Assembly: GCA_038823825.1 (NCBI GenBank)
Contig: JAWBCC010000002.1
Location: 150,001-182,000, forward strand
DNA length: 32,000 nt
Source of the DNA: Candidatus Hadarchaeales archaeon
GTDB taxonomy: Archaea; Hadarchaeota; Hadarchaeia; Hadarchaeales; Hadarchaeaceae
Direction: 5' to 3'
The notes beneath the pieces are model-generated. The model made no database searches and was not told the DNA's origin. It saw only the letters and a program-made list of their open reading frames with translations. Made by a program: the position numbers and the translations under genes. Of the stretch, positions 24,253-31,850 are shown piece by piece (the stretch's first letter is position 1; each line of letters opens with the position of its first letter).

Positions 24253-26472
24253 TTGGCGTACATAAAAGAAATTCAGATGAAAGGCTTCAAGTCCTTTGGC
24301 GTTAACAAGGTAGTTATTCCTCTTGCTCGTGGCCTCAATGTCATAGTCGGCAGGAATGGTCATGGCAAGAGCAACATCGCTGACGCCATCGTCTTCGCCT
24401 TCGGAGGAAGGAGCACAACGATGATGAGAGCGGAACGTTTTCAAGATTTCCTTTATATGAGGGATGGCAAGATAATCGCCCCATACGCTGAGGTCACACT
24501 GGTAATCGACAACTCCGACGGTGCGCTCCCCATAATGTCCAAGATGGTCGAAATATCCAGAAGGGTCGACAAATCCGGTAAATGTGTTTATCGGATAAAT
24601 GGAAAGCGAGCCGATCGCCATGAAATCGTGGATATTTTATCTCCAGTGATGGGATCCCCCGACGGGATGAACTTCGTCCTTCAAGACCAAGTTAAGAGGA
24701 TATTTTCTCTCACGCCGGAGGAGCGCAGGGAAATCATAGAAGATCTTGCCGGTGTAAAAGAGTACAACGAACGGAGGGAGAAGGCAGAGAAGGAACTCTT
24801 GGATGTTGAGAACAATATGCGCGTGCTTGATATTCGCATCAAGGAAATTCGATCTAGGGTGGAAACACTCAGAAAACAGGCTCAAGACTGCATAGCGGCA
24901 AAATCGATAGACCGCGAGCTTCAGCAGGTTCGTGGCGCGCTTCTGTTTAAAGAATTGAAAGAAAAGGAGAGGGAGTTAAAGAGGCTGGAATCCTCTCTGC
25001 GTAAAATATCCTCTGCAGACAGAGAAAGCAGAAACAAGCTAAACAAAATAAAGAAAAAATTGAGTGAGCTGGAGAGAGAAAAATCCAGAATTCAAGCGAA
25101 ACTCGATGAGCTCGAGCACCGTGGAGTACTTGCGAGGTTCAAGGAACTTGAGATAAAAATCGAAGAACAAAAGCGTCAGCTTGAGGAAATATCTAGAAAA
25201 AGTCGCAACGCAGAGGAGGAGTTACGCAGGCTGGAGGAAGAGTTAAACGCAAGGGCAGATTCATTTGCTTCCAGCATAAAAAATGTGCGCGAGTTGTACG
25301 ACAAATTCAAGCAACTCCTTTCAGAACTCTCCGGACAATCTGAGCTCACTTGTATCAAAGAGACCCTAAATCAGATTTCTAACGTGCTCAATCAAATTGA
25401 CAGATTGCTTGAAGAAGTTTTGTCGGAGATCCCCTCCGTCACTTCAGAAAGCTCCGAGTTGGCTAGACAAGTTCTTAACCTTCAGGGTAAGCTTTCCGCA
25501 TATAGGGGAGAGGAGGAGAGGATAAAAAGTGAGATAGACGGCAACATAAGAAAGCTCGAGTCGATGAAATCTGCTAAGGAGAAAACGGAAAAAACGATCG
25601 AGCGGCTGAAGAAGCGTTTAAGTGAGATTGAGGAAAAGATGAGGATACTAAACGCACAGAATGAAAACATCCGCGACAAGCAATCAGCGATTGCGGAAAA
25701 GAAAGGTACTCTCGAAAGTCGCAAGGTTTCCGCACAACAGGAGATAGTCAAGCTGCAGGAAGAACTATCAAAAATCAAGGTCGACTACAGTCACCTTCTC
25801 GTGAAAAAGCTTGAAACCCTTAGGAGGATGGAAGCAGAACTTTTTGAGCGTAAATCGCAGATAGGTGAGGTGAACCCAAAAGCACCGGAGGAACTCCAAC
25901 AGGAAGAGAAAAAGCTTTCTGAGGAGGAGGAAAAATACCGCAGACTCGAGGAGGAAAGACAACAGATACTCTCGTTCATGGCAGAACTCGATCAAAAGAA
26001 AAAAGACGCTTTCTTCAAAGTATTTAACGTCGCGTCGCAGGCTTTTTCAGAAATTTTCAGGGAAATTTCTGGAGGAGCGGATGGAAAACTCATCTTGACG
26101 AATCCCGAGAACCCATTTGAGGGTGGGCTAGATTTTGATGTAGACTTTGGCGAGAAGACGAGAATGCTTTCCGGCGGACAGAAAACATTAACCGCGGTCA
26201 CATTTTTGCTAGCTCTTCAAAGATGTCGTCCGTCAACCTTTTACGTCATGGATGAGATTGACGAAAGCTTGGATCCTTTTAACCGCCAAAGAGTCGCCCG
26301 ACTTCTGAAGAAGTTCTCAAGAGAATCTCAAATGATCGTCATCACGCTTCATACTTCTATGGCAGAGGTTGCGGACAGAATATTCGGAGTCGTCAAGGAA
26401 GATAAGGTTTCAAGGGTGTTTTCTGCAGACCTTTCAATGTTAAGGGAGGAGGTAGCAGATGAACCTCAGTGA
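24253..26472 (+). CDS. smc: SMC-family ATPase, unusually short (about 740 aa) and apparently hinge-less
   Basis: N-head: AYIKEIQMKGFKSFG, Walker A GRNGHGKSN, LQDQV..ERREIIEDLAGV. C-head: signature LSGGQKTLTAV, Walker B FYVMDEIDESLD, H-loop VITLH. About 410 aa of E/K/R/L heptad-rich sequence lies between them. The ORF track starts at TTG 24214; TTG 24253 aligns with the canonical SMC N-terminus, and ATG 24274 would remove the first beta-strand. Confidence 0.8.
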   Translation: MAYIKEIQMKGFKSFGVNKVVIPLARGLNVIVGRNGHGKSNIADAIVFAFGGRSTTMMRAERFQDFLYMRDGKIIAPYAEVTLVIDNSDGALPIMSKMVEISRRVDKSGKCVYRINGKRADRHEIVDILSPVMGSPDGMNFVLQDQVKRIFSLTPEERREIIEDLAGVKEYNERREKAEKELLDVENNMRVLDIRIKEIRSRVETLRKQAQDCIAAKSIDRELQQVRGALLFKELKEKERELKRLESSLRKISSADRESRNKLNKIKKKLSELEREKSRIQAKLDELEHRGVLARFKELEIKIEEQKRQLEEISRKSRNAEEELRRLEEELNARADSFASSIKNVRELYDKFKQLLSELSGQSELTCIKETLNQISNVLNQIDRLLEEVLSEIPSVTSESSELARQVLNLQGKLSAYRGEEERIKSEIDGNIRKLESMKSAKEKTEKTIERLKKRLSEIEEKMRILNAQNENIRDKQSAIAEKKGTLESRKVSAQQEIVKLQEELSKIKVDYSHLLVKKLETLRRMEAELFERKSQIGEVNPKAPEELQQEEKKLSEEEEKYRRLEEERQQILSFMAELDQKKKDAFFKVFNVASQAFSEIFREISGGADGKLILTNPENPFEGGLDFDVDFGEKTRMLSGGQKTLTAVTFLLALQRCRPSTFYVMDEIDESLDPFNRQRVARLLKKFSRESQMIVITLHTSMAEVADRIFGVVKEDKVSRVFSADLSMLREEVADEPQ

Positions 26473-27139
26473 CCAGCCAGTTCAGGAACTCGTGGAGCTC
26501 GTTCGATTGCACAAATTGAGTCCCTGGGATGTTGATATTTCAAAGCTCATATCAATCTACAGAGCAAAACTCAAGCAAACAAACGAAGTAGATCTTCGAG
26601 TTCCGAGCAGAGTAGTACATTCTTCGGCAACTCTTTTGAAAATAAAGTCGGAAATAGCAGTCCGTGGCGAGTCCGAGGTGACGAGCGAGGAAATCGAAGA
26701 GATGTTAAACATAGAGTTACCGGAGCTTGGCGAGCTCACGATAGAATTCTTTGCTCCCCAGAGGATAACCTTGGAAGACCTTTTGGGTAGTCTCCGCGAG
26801 GTTTTGGCAACCATCCCTGAGACCAAGGAAAAGAAACCGGTGAAAAGAGAGGAGCTCAAAGTTGATATTCAAAGGGACATAGATGCGATGCTTTTGAGGT
26901 GGATGGAAGATCTCTTACTCAAGATAAAAAAGATAGTCAATGAGGGAAAGACTCCCACCTTTTTCTCCCTACTCTCTGAGAAATCTCGCGTGGAGTTCGT
27001 TAGGGTTTTTCTAACCCTGATTTTTCTGAGTTCAGACGGAAAGATAAGATTGGAGCAGTCGGAACCTTTCACAGATATAAAGATCGAACTTCTGGATGGT
27101 GAAAAAGATGGGAATACGGGAGGATCTAGTGGTTCTTGA
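26459..27139 (+). CDS. scpA: Segregation and condensation protein A (kleisin)
   Basis: N-terminal LVELVRLHKLSPWDVDISKLISIY...ATLLKIKSE and C-terminal winged-helix FVRVFLTLIFLSSDGKIRLEQSEPFTDIKIEL match the ScpA pattern. It overlaps the smc stop by 14 nt. Confidence 0.75.
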   Translation: MNLSDQPVQELVELVRLHKLSPWDVDISKLISIYRAKLKQTNEVDLRVPSRVVHSSATLLKIKSEIAVRGESEVTSEEIEEMLNIELPELGELTIEFFAPQRITLEDLLGSLREVLATIPETKEKKPVKREELKVDIQRDIDAMLLRWMEDLLLKIKKIVNEGKTPTFFSLLSEKSRVEFVRVFLTLIFLSSDGKIRLEQSEPFTDIKIELLDGEKDGNTGGSSGS

Positions 27140-27614
27140 AGGCGCGCTTTATGCAAGCGATCATCCTCTTACAATCGATGAGATCAAAAAAATTCTGAGC
27201 ACAGAATCGGACACGTATGTTATACAGCTTTTGGAAAAGATAGAGCAGAAGCACAAAAAGGTGGATTCTCCCTTTGAGCTTCAGAAGTTGGGAAATGCTT
27301 ACGCTATAAAGCTGAAAGGAAGGGTTAAAGAAAAAGTTGCCCCTCTAATGCCAAAGATAAAGATCTCGACTGGTGCGCTGAGAACACTCGCGTTGATCGC
27401 ATATAAACAAAATATAACGCTTGCTAAACTCGCAGAAGTGAGGGGGAACAGAGCTTACGAACATGTGAGACAGCTCGTCGCGGCTGGCTTCGTCGAGTCC
27501 AAACCTCTTGGAAAGACACGCGTGCTTCGCACGACCAAAAAGTTTGCGAGTTATTTTGGCCTCGAGGATGACATGGATTTGATAAGAGAAAAACTAGAGG
27601 AACTGCTGAAATAG
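27096..27614 (+). CDS. scpB: Segregation and condensation protein B
   Basis: [21 protein letters not shown] and [24 protein letters not shown]...[11 protein letters not shown] are the tandem wHTH signature of ScpB. It overlaps the scpA 3' end; an alternative start is ATG 27108. Confidence 0.8.
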   Translation: MVKKMGIREDLVVLEGALYASDHPLTIDEIKKILSTESDTYVIQLLEKIEQKHKKVDSPFELQKLGNAYAIKLKGRVKEKVAPLMPKIKISTGALRTLALIAYKQNITLAKLAEVRGNRAYEHVRQLVAAGFVESKPLGKTRVLRTTKKFASYFGLEDDMDLIREKLEELLK

Positions 27615-27625
27615 GTACCCAAGAC

Positions 27626-27633
27626 TTTTATAT
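27626..27633 (+). promoter_or_regulatory. TATA box upstream of the eS8 gene
   Basis: TTTTATAT ends 28 nt upstream of ATG 27662, which implies a leaderless or very short leader. Confidence 0.45.
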
Positions 27634-27661
27634 CCAGTGGATTCTTTCTTTTGGGAAGAAG

Positions 27662-28057
27662 ATGGTCGTTTGGCATGGAAGATCCTTAAAGAAGCCGACG
27701 GGCGGAATCCGCAGGATGAGCAGAAAGAAGAGAAAGAGAGAAATCGGCCGAGAGTTTTTAGAACCCACGATTGGTCCGAGAAAGCTCATAAAAGTAAGAG
27801 TTAGAGGAGGGAACTATAAACTCAGGCTTCTCTCTGCAGACTATGCCAACGTTTTTGATCCGAGGACGGGGAAGGCGAGTAAGGTCAAAATAATCTCCGT
27901 TGTAGAAAATCCTGCAAATCCGCACTTCTCCAGAAGAAACATCCTAACAAAAGGAGCTATAATAGAGACTGAAATAGGCAGGGCGAGGGTGACAAGCAGA
28001 CCAGGCCAGAATGGCGTTGTCAATGCGATTTTGATCGAGCAAGTCTCCGAGGCTTGA
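27662..28057 (+). CDS. rps8e: 30S ribosomal protein S8e (eS8)
   Basis: [12 protein letters not shown]....[11 protein letters not shown]...[13 protein letters not shown]....[43 protein letters not shown] matches the eS8 family end to end. Confidence 0.92.
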   Translation: MVVWHGRSLKKPTGGIRRMSRKKRKREIGREFLEPTIGPRKLIKVRVRGGNYKLRLLSADYANVFDPRTGKASKVKIISVVENPANPHFSRRNILTKGAIIETEIGRARVTSRPGQNGVVNAILIEQVSEA

Positions 28058-28448
28058 TGTGAATAACCTCCCATCCCTCTCGCTTGAGTTCTTTCGCTAT
28101 GTATCTTCTGTGGCACCAAGCTGGATTTTCCTCCACGCAAATTATGACGGAAGTCTTTCTCTCGGCCAGTTTCTTCAGTTTTCTCATACCCTTTTTGAAT
28201 TCTTCGCTTTTCATGTGGCGCTCGTAACCTCCTCGAAAACCTCCGAGTTCTTCGATGTGTGCGTATGCGATCCCAAACTCTTTCAGTTTTTCAGATAGGC
28301 GCTCTTTACAGAAATCTGGGATCTTAGAGGTTGGAAATCTTCTGACATCGATGACAATTTTGATTCCTTTCTCCTTCAAGATCTCCAGAAAATCTTCAAA
28401 GGAGAGTCTGCCGTAGCCAAGCGCGTATATTTTCATCTCTTTACTCAT
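28020..28448 (-). CDS. DUF488 family protein
   Basis: [38 protein letters not shown]......[12 protein letters not shown]...[15 protein letters not shown] matches the DUF488 pattern (iyTiGhs..s.eeF...L....I..lvDvR..P.S; C.E..p..CHR). It overlaps the eS8 3' end by 38 nt (convergent). Confidence 0.85.
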   Translation of the reverse strand: MSKEMKIYALGYGRLSFEDFLEILKEKGIKIVIDVRRFPTSKIPDFCKERLSEKLKEFGIAYAHIEELGGFRGGYERHMKSEEFKKGMRKLKKLAERKTSVIICVEENPAWCHRRYIAKELKREGWEVIHIKPRRLARSKSH

Positions 28449-28482
28449 TCCATTAATAACTCCCTAGGCAGTTATTTCTTTG

Positions 28483-29292
28483 ATGGCGAAGGCTCAGATA
28501 ACCCTCACACCGCCCGAGTCCAAGCGCTTAATCGCAATGGCAGTTGTCAGATTGTCTGAGGTGAAAAAAGCGCTGAAAGAGGGGATTGTTGTTGTCTGTT
28601 TGGGCACGACGAACGCTTTTGTCGCTCAAGAGCTCTGCAAAAAATCCGTGGACCCGAGCAGGTTTGCAGCAGGAGTTATTCTCCCGCAAGGAACATGTGT
28701 TATCCCAAAAGAGCGAAGGATGAAAGAGTTCGTATTTGTCAAGGGAAAACTGACGGAAATGGGTTTGGACGATGTTCTTCCGAAACTTGGCCCATCAGAT
28801 GTTGTGATAAAGGGAGCGAATGCGCTGGACCCAAGCTGGACAGCTGGGATTTTTCTAGCTTCCGAGACGGGAGGAACCATCGGGAAGATCCTCGGAATCG
28901 TCAGCTCAAGAGGGGTGAAACTAATAATCCCAGTTGGTCTCGAGAAGTTCATACCAAGCTCGATAAAAGAAGTTGCTCCGGAGACAGGGATATTCGGATT
29001 CGACTACAGCACGGGAGTCCCCGTTGGTTTAATCCCCATATCCGGGCGCGTAGTTACGGAGATTGAGGCCGTGAAAATTCTGACGGGAGCGGATGCGAAA
29101 GTGATGGGCGCGGGTGGTTTGAGTGGCGCAGAGGGAAGTGTCACCTTGCTCGTTTCTGGCTCAGAGGAGCAAATCGTCAAACTTCAAAAGATTGTGGAGA
29201 ATATAAAAGGGAAGATTCGTTTCCCCGAGATAACGGTGAACTGTGAGGAATGCTGGCAGGAGAGGTGCGGAAAGAGGAAATCAATGAGATGA
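28483..29292 (+). CDS. Conserved-looking hypothetical protein (alpha/beta, Gly-rich), function unknown
   Basis: Long uninterrupted ORF with a protein-like composition and alternating beta-alpha pattern (IVVVCLGTTNAF, DVVIKGANALD, VKLIIPVGLEKF). C-terminal CEECWQERCGKRK. No family recognised by eye. ATG 28483 is one codon after the track's TTG 28480. Confidence 0.6.
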   Translation: MAKAQITLTPPESKRLIAMAVVRLSEVKKALKEGIVVVCLGTTNAFVAQELCKKSVDPSRFAAGVILPQGTCVIPKERRMKEFVFVKGKLTEMGLDDVLPKLGPSDVVIKGANALDPSWTAGIFLASETGGTIGKILGIVSSRGVKLIIPVGLEKFIPSSIKEVAPETGIFGFDYSTGVPVGLIPISGRVVTEIEAVKILTGADAKVMGAGGLSGAEGSVTLLVSGSEEQIVKLQKIVENIKGKIRFPEITVNCEECWQERCGKRKSMR

Positions 29293-29312
29293 TTTGTCAG
29301 ACCGATAGGAAG

Positions 29313-29335
29313 AAAAAAGGGGGAGAAATCCCCCC
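29313..29335 (-). terminator. G/C hairpin plus T6 (minus-strand orientation)
   Basis: The minus strand reads GGGGG(G)ATTTCTCCCCC followed by TTTTTT. On the plus strand the same hairpin is followed by an A-rich tract, so it is oriented to terminate a minus-strand transcript. Confidence 0.4.
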
Positions 29336-29522
29336 AAGAAAAATCAAAAAGCTTGCTCAAAGAATCTCTTCTGTTTCCTCTTTCTCCTTTTTCTTTTTCT
29401 TCGCCATGGTTTACCTCAGTGGATACAGAATTGAAAGCGATATAAAAGCATGATTTTTACCGACAAGTTGGGGAAAATCTTTTAAGAAGATCTGAGGATA
29501 TATTTCTCTCCAACCAAAAAGT

Positions 29523-29530
29523 ATTTATAC
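29523..29530 (+). promoter_or_regulatory. TATA box (with purine-rich BRE-like AAAAAG) upstream of gar1
   Basis: AAAAAG-TATTTATAC is centred about 30 nt upstream of ATG 29557, consistent with a leaderless gar1-tfb transcript. Confidence 0.5.
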
Positions 29531-29556
29531 TAGTGTTAAATCAACATTTTTATACC

Positions 29557-29805
29557 ATGAAGATTTTAGGAAAAGTTCTGCATAAGGGATCTAAAGGTCT
29601 GATAATCAAATGCACGTTCGTTCCAAAGCTCGGCAAACCGGTTTTCGATGGCAGAAAGAGGCGGGTAGGCGAGATTAGCGACATATTCGGACCTACCACA
29701 GAGCCATACGCCGTCATTAAAACAGCTTCAGAAATCGATCCTTCAAATCTTCTCGGTTCAACAATATATTATGAGGAAGAGGGGGTGGAAAAACGGAGGA
29801 AATAA
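29557..29805 (+). CDS. gar1: H/ACA ribonucleoprotein complex subunit Gar1
   Basis: [19 protein letters not shown]...[31 protein letters not shown] closely follows the archaeal Gar1 pattern (LGKVLH...G.i.DvFGPv..PY..iK). The ORF track starts at GTG 29533; ATG 29557 matches homolog N-termini. Confidence 0.85.
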   Translation: MKILGKVLHKGSKGLIIKCTFVPKLGKPVFDGRKRRVGEISDIFGPTTEPYAVIKTASEIDPSNLLGSTIYYEEEGVEKRRK

Positions 29806-30704
29806 TCCCATGCCCCGCCTGTGGTTCGAAAAAGAATATCCGGGATTATAATCGCGGGGAGATCGTCTGCGCAAATTGCGGTTGTGTGATAGAGGAAAAG
29901 CTCGTGGATCTCGGACCGGAGTGGAGGGCTTTCGATGAGGAGCAGAGGGAAAAGAGGGGGAGAACGGGGGCTCCAATGACTTTGACGATCCATGACAAGG
30001 GGCTTTCGACCATGATTGACTGGAGGGACAAAGATTCTCACGGGAAATCTTTAACACCGAAGAGAAGGGCCCAGATTTATCGTCTTAGGAAATGGCAGAG
30101 AAGAATAAGGGTTTCGGATGCAATGGAGCGTAACTTGGCTTTTGCTCTCTCGGAGATAGACAGGATGGCTTCCCAGCTAGCTCTGCCGAAGAACGTCCGT
30201 GAGACGGCTTCGCTAATCTACAGGAAGGCGGTTGAGGAGCGCCTCATAAGAGGGAGGTCTATCGAGGGCGTGGCCGCCGCCGCCCTATACGCCGCATGTA
30301 GAGAATGTAAGATTCCCAGAACTCTCGACGAAATCGCGGAAGTAGCCCGAGTGGGTAAAAAAGAGATCGGGCGCTGTTATAGATTCATAGCCAGGGAATT
30401 GCTTATCCATTTGAGACCGACAAGTCCGATCGACTATGTCCCACGTTTCGTTGCAGAGCTTGGTCTCAGCGGCGAGGTTCAGACGAAGGCGATAGAGATC
30501 CTAAAGGAAGCACAGGCGAAGGGAATAACGTCTGGAAGAGGTCCGACGGGGGTTGCAGCGGCAGCAGTTTACATAGCCAGCGTTCTTTGTGGTGAGAGAA
30601 GAACACAAAGGGATGTGGCAGAGGTTGCGAGGGTCACGGAAGTCACGGTGAGAAATAGGTACAAGGAATTAGCGGAGAAATTAAATCTCGACGTCGAATT
30701 GTAG
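29802..30704 (+). CDS. tfb: Transcription initiation factor TFB (TFIIB)
   Basis: Two cyclin-fold repeats and B-finger/linker ([33 protein letters not shown]). The in-frame upstream sequence encodes the Zn ribbon CPACGS...[10 protein letters not shown], so the true start must precede 29811. No ATG/GTG/TTG exists in that open stretch, so the start is set provisionally at ATA 29802 (ATAA overlap with the gar1 stop). The ORF-track GTG 29886 would delete the ribbon. Confidence 0.88.
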   Translation: MIPCPACGSKKNIRDYNRGEIVCANCGCVIEEKLVDLGPEWRAFDEEQREKRGRTGAPMTLTIHDKGLSTMIDWRDKDSHGKSLTPKRRAQIYRLRKWQRRIRVSDAMERNLAFALSEIDRMASQLALPKNVRETASLIYRKAVEERLIRGRSIEGVAAAALYAACRECKIPRTLDEIAEVARVGKKEIGRCYRFIARELLIHLRPTSPIDYVPRFVAELGLSGEVQTKAIEILKEAQAKGITSGRGPTGVAAAAVYIASVLCGERRTQRDVAEVARVTEVTVRNRYKELAEKLNLDVEL

Positions 30705-30778
30705 CGTTTGCAACATCGAGTTTTATTGGGAAACTCAAAAGCCGCAGGTTCGGATTAAAGTAGAAACACTTGTTCAGA

Positions 30779-30787
30779 TTTTTATAT
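30779..30787 (+). promoter_or_regulatory. TATA box upstream of radA
   Basis: TTTTTATAT ends 29 nt (30788-30816) upstream of ATG 30817. Confidence 0.45.
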
Positions 30788-30816
30788 GTGCTGCTTTCAA
30801 CAGTACATCGATTCAA

Positions 30817-31746
30817 ATGGAGATAGAAGAACTGCAAAGTTTAAGCCCTTCTGTGGCAGAAAAGCTTAGAGCGGCCGGTTTTTCAACAATATCCCAGCTT
30901 GCAACCGCAACCGCCACCGAGCTCATGCATGCAGCTGAGATAAGCATGCGTTCAGCGATTAAGATTATAAACTCGGCGAGGGATGCGATCAAGCTAGACT
31001 ACCAGCTGGCGAGCGAGCTATACGAGAGGAGAAAGAACATTGACAGGCTCACGACAGGGAGTACAGCTCTTGATAAAATCCTTGGAGGAGGACTAGAATC
31101 CGGCTCCGTTACAGAAGTCTTTGGAGAATTTGGTAGCGGAAAATCTCAACTTGCCCACCAGCTCTGTGTGAATGTTCAGCTTCCGCGCGAACGAGGAGGT
31201 CTCGAGGGTAACGCTATCTACATCGACACTGAGGGTACGTTTCGCCCGGAGAGAATTGCTCAGATGGCTTCAGCCCTCGGGCTGGATCCAGCGGGAGTCT
31301 TGGAGAAGATCCACGCAGCCAGAGCTCTCACGACAGACCACCAGATTCTTCTAGTTGAAAGAATCGGAGAAATCTGCAGAAAAGAACCCGTTAGACTCTT
31401 GGTTGTTGATTCGGTTTCTGCGCTCTTCCGAACGGAGTTTTGTGGGAGAGGCACTCTTGCTGAGCGACAGCAAAAGCTTGGACGCCATATCGCCGCACTC
31501 CACAACATCGCAGAAAGACACAATGTTGTTGTCTTTGTTACGAACCAAGTGCAGGCAAGACCTGACGTGATGTTCGGAGATCCGACTAGGCCAGTTGGTG
31601 GTCATGTTTTAGGTCATGCGGTCACTGTGAGAATATACCTCAAAAAAGCGAAAGACGACGCGAGGATAGCAAAACTTGTGGATCATCCCTGTCTTCCCCC
31701 AGAGTCTACAACGATAAGAATAACGCCAGAAGGAATAAGAGATTAG
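30817..31746 (+). CDS. radA: DNA repair and recombination protein RadA
   Basis: N-terminal HhH domain (LSPSVAEKLRAAGFSTISQLATATATEL), Walker A GEFGSGKSQ, IYIDTEGTFRPERI, Walker B LLVVDSV, VFVTNQV. Full RadA/Rad51 architecture. Confidence 0.93.
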   Translation: MEIEELQSLSPSVAEKLRAAGFSTISQLATATATELMHAAEISMRSAIKIINSARDAIKLDYQLASELYERRKNIDRLTTGSTALDKILGGGLESGSVTEVFGEFGSGKSQLAHQLCVNVQLPRERGGLEGNAIYIDTEGTFRPERIAQMASALGLDPAGVLEKIHAARALTTDHQILLVERIGEICRKEPVRLLVVDSVSALFRTEFCGRGTLAERQQKLGRHIAALHNIAERHNVVVFVTNQVQARPDVMFGDPTRPVGGHVLGHAVTVRIYLKKAKDDARIAKLVDHPCLPPESTTIRITPEGIRD

Positions 31747-31753
31747 TTTATCT

Positions 31754-31786
31754 TGCCTGCCCGAATGCTGGGCAGGCATCATTTTT
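31754..31786 (+). terminator. Hairpin plus oligo-T terminator after radA
   Basis: Perfect 9-bp stem TGCCTGCCC/GGGCAGGCA (31754-31762 and 31770-31778) with a 7-nt loop, followed by TTTTT (31782-31786). It begins 8 nt after the radA stop. Confidence 0.55.
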
Positions 31787-31850
31787 CATCAGGGGGTGTT
31801 GTTTAAATTACCCCCAAACAAAAAATTTAGAAGACGAAAGTGGTGGGCAA

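Noticed and set aside
24214-26472. Alternative reading of the short SMC-like ATPase as Rad50 or RecN.
   Set aside because: There is no central CxxC zinc hook and no adjacent mre11/nurA/herA. The head motifs and the immediately downstream scpA and scpB fit SMC rather than Rad50. A RecN-like architecture is kept only as an analogy.
29250-29453. 67-aa plus-strand ORF in the spacer before gar1.
   Set aside because: It overlaps the 3' end of the preceding gene. Its translation is low-complexity (SSVSSFSFFFFFA), caused by a poly-pyrimidine tract. The signals on the minus strand are more coherent and are reported as a separate finding.
29547-29555. Second TATA-like element TTTTTATAC directly abutting the gar1 ATG.
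   Set aside because: It is too close (2 nt) to the start codon to drive that gene. The upstream element at 29523-29530 has the expected spacing.
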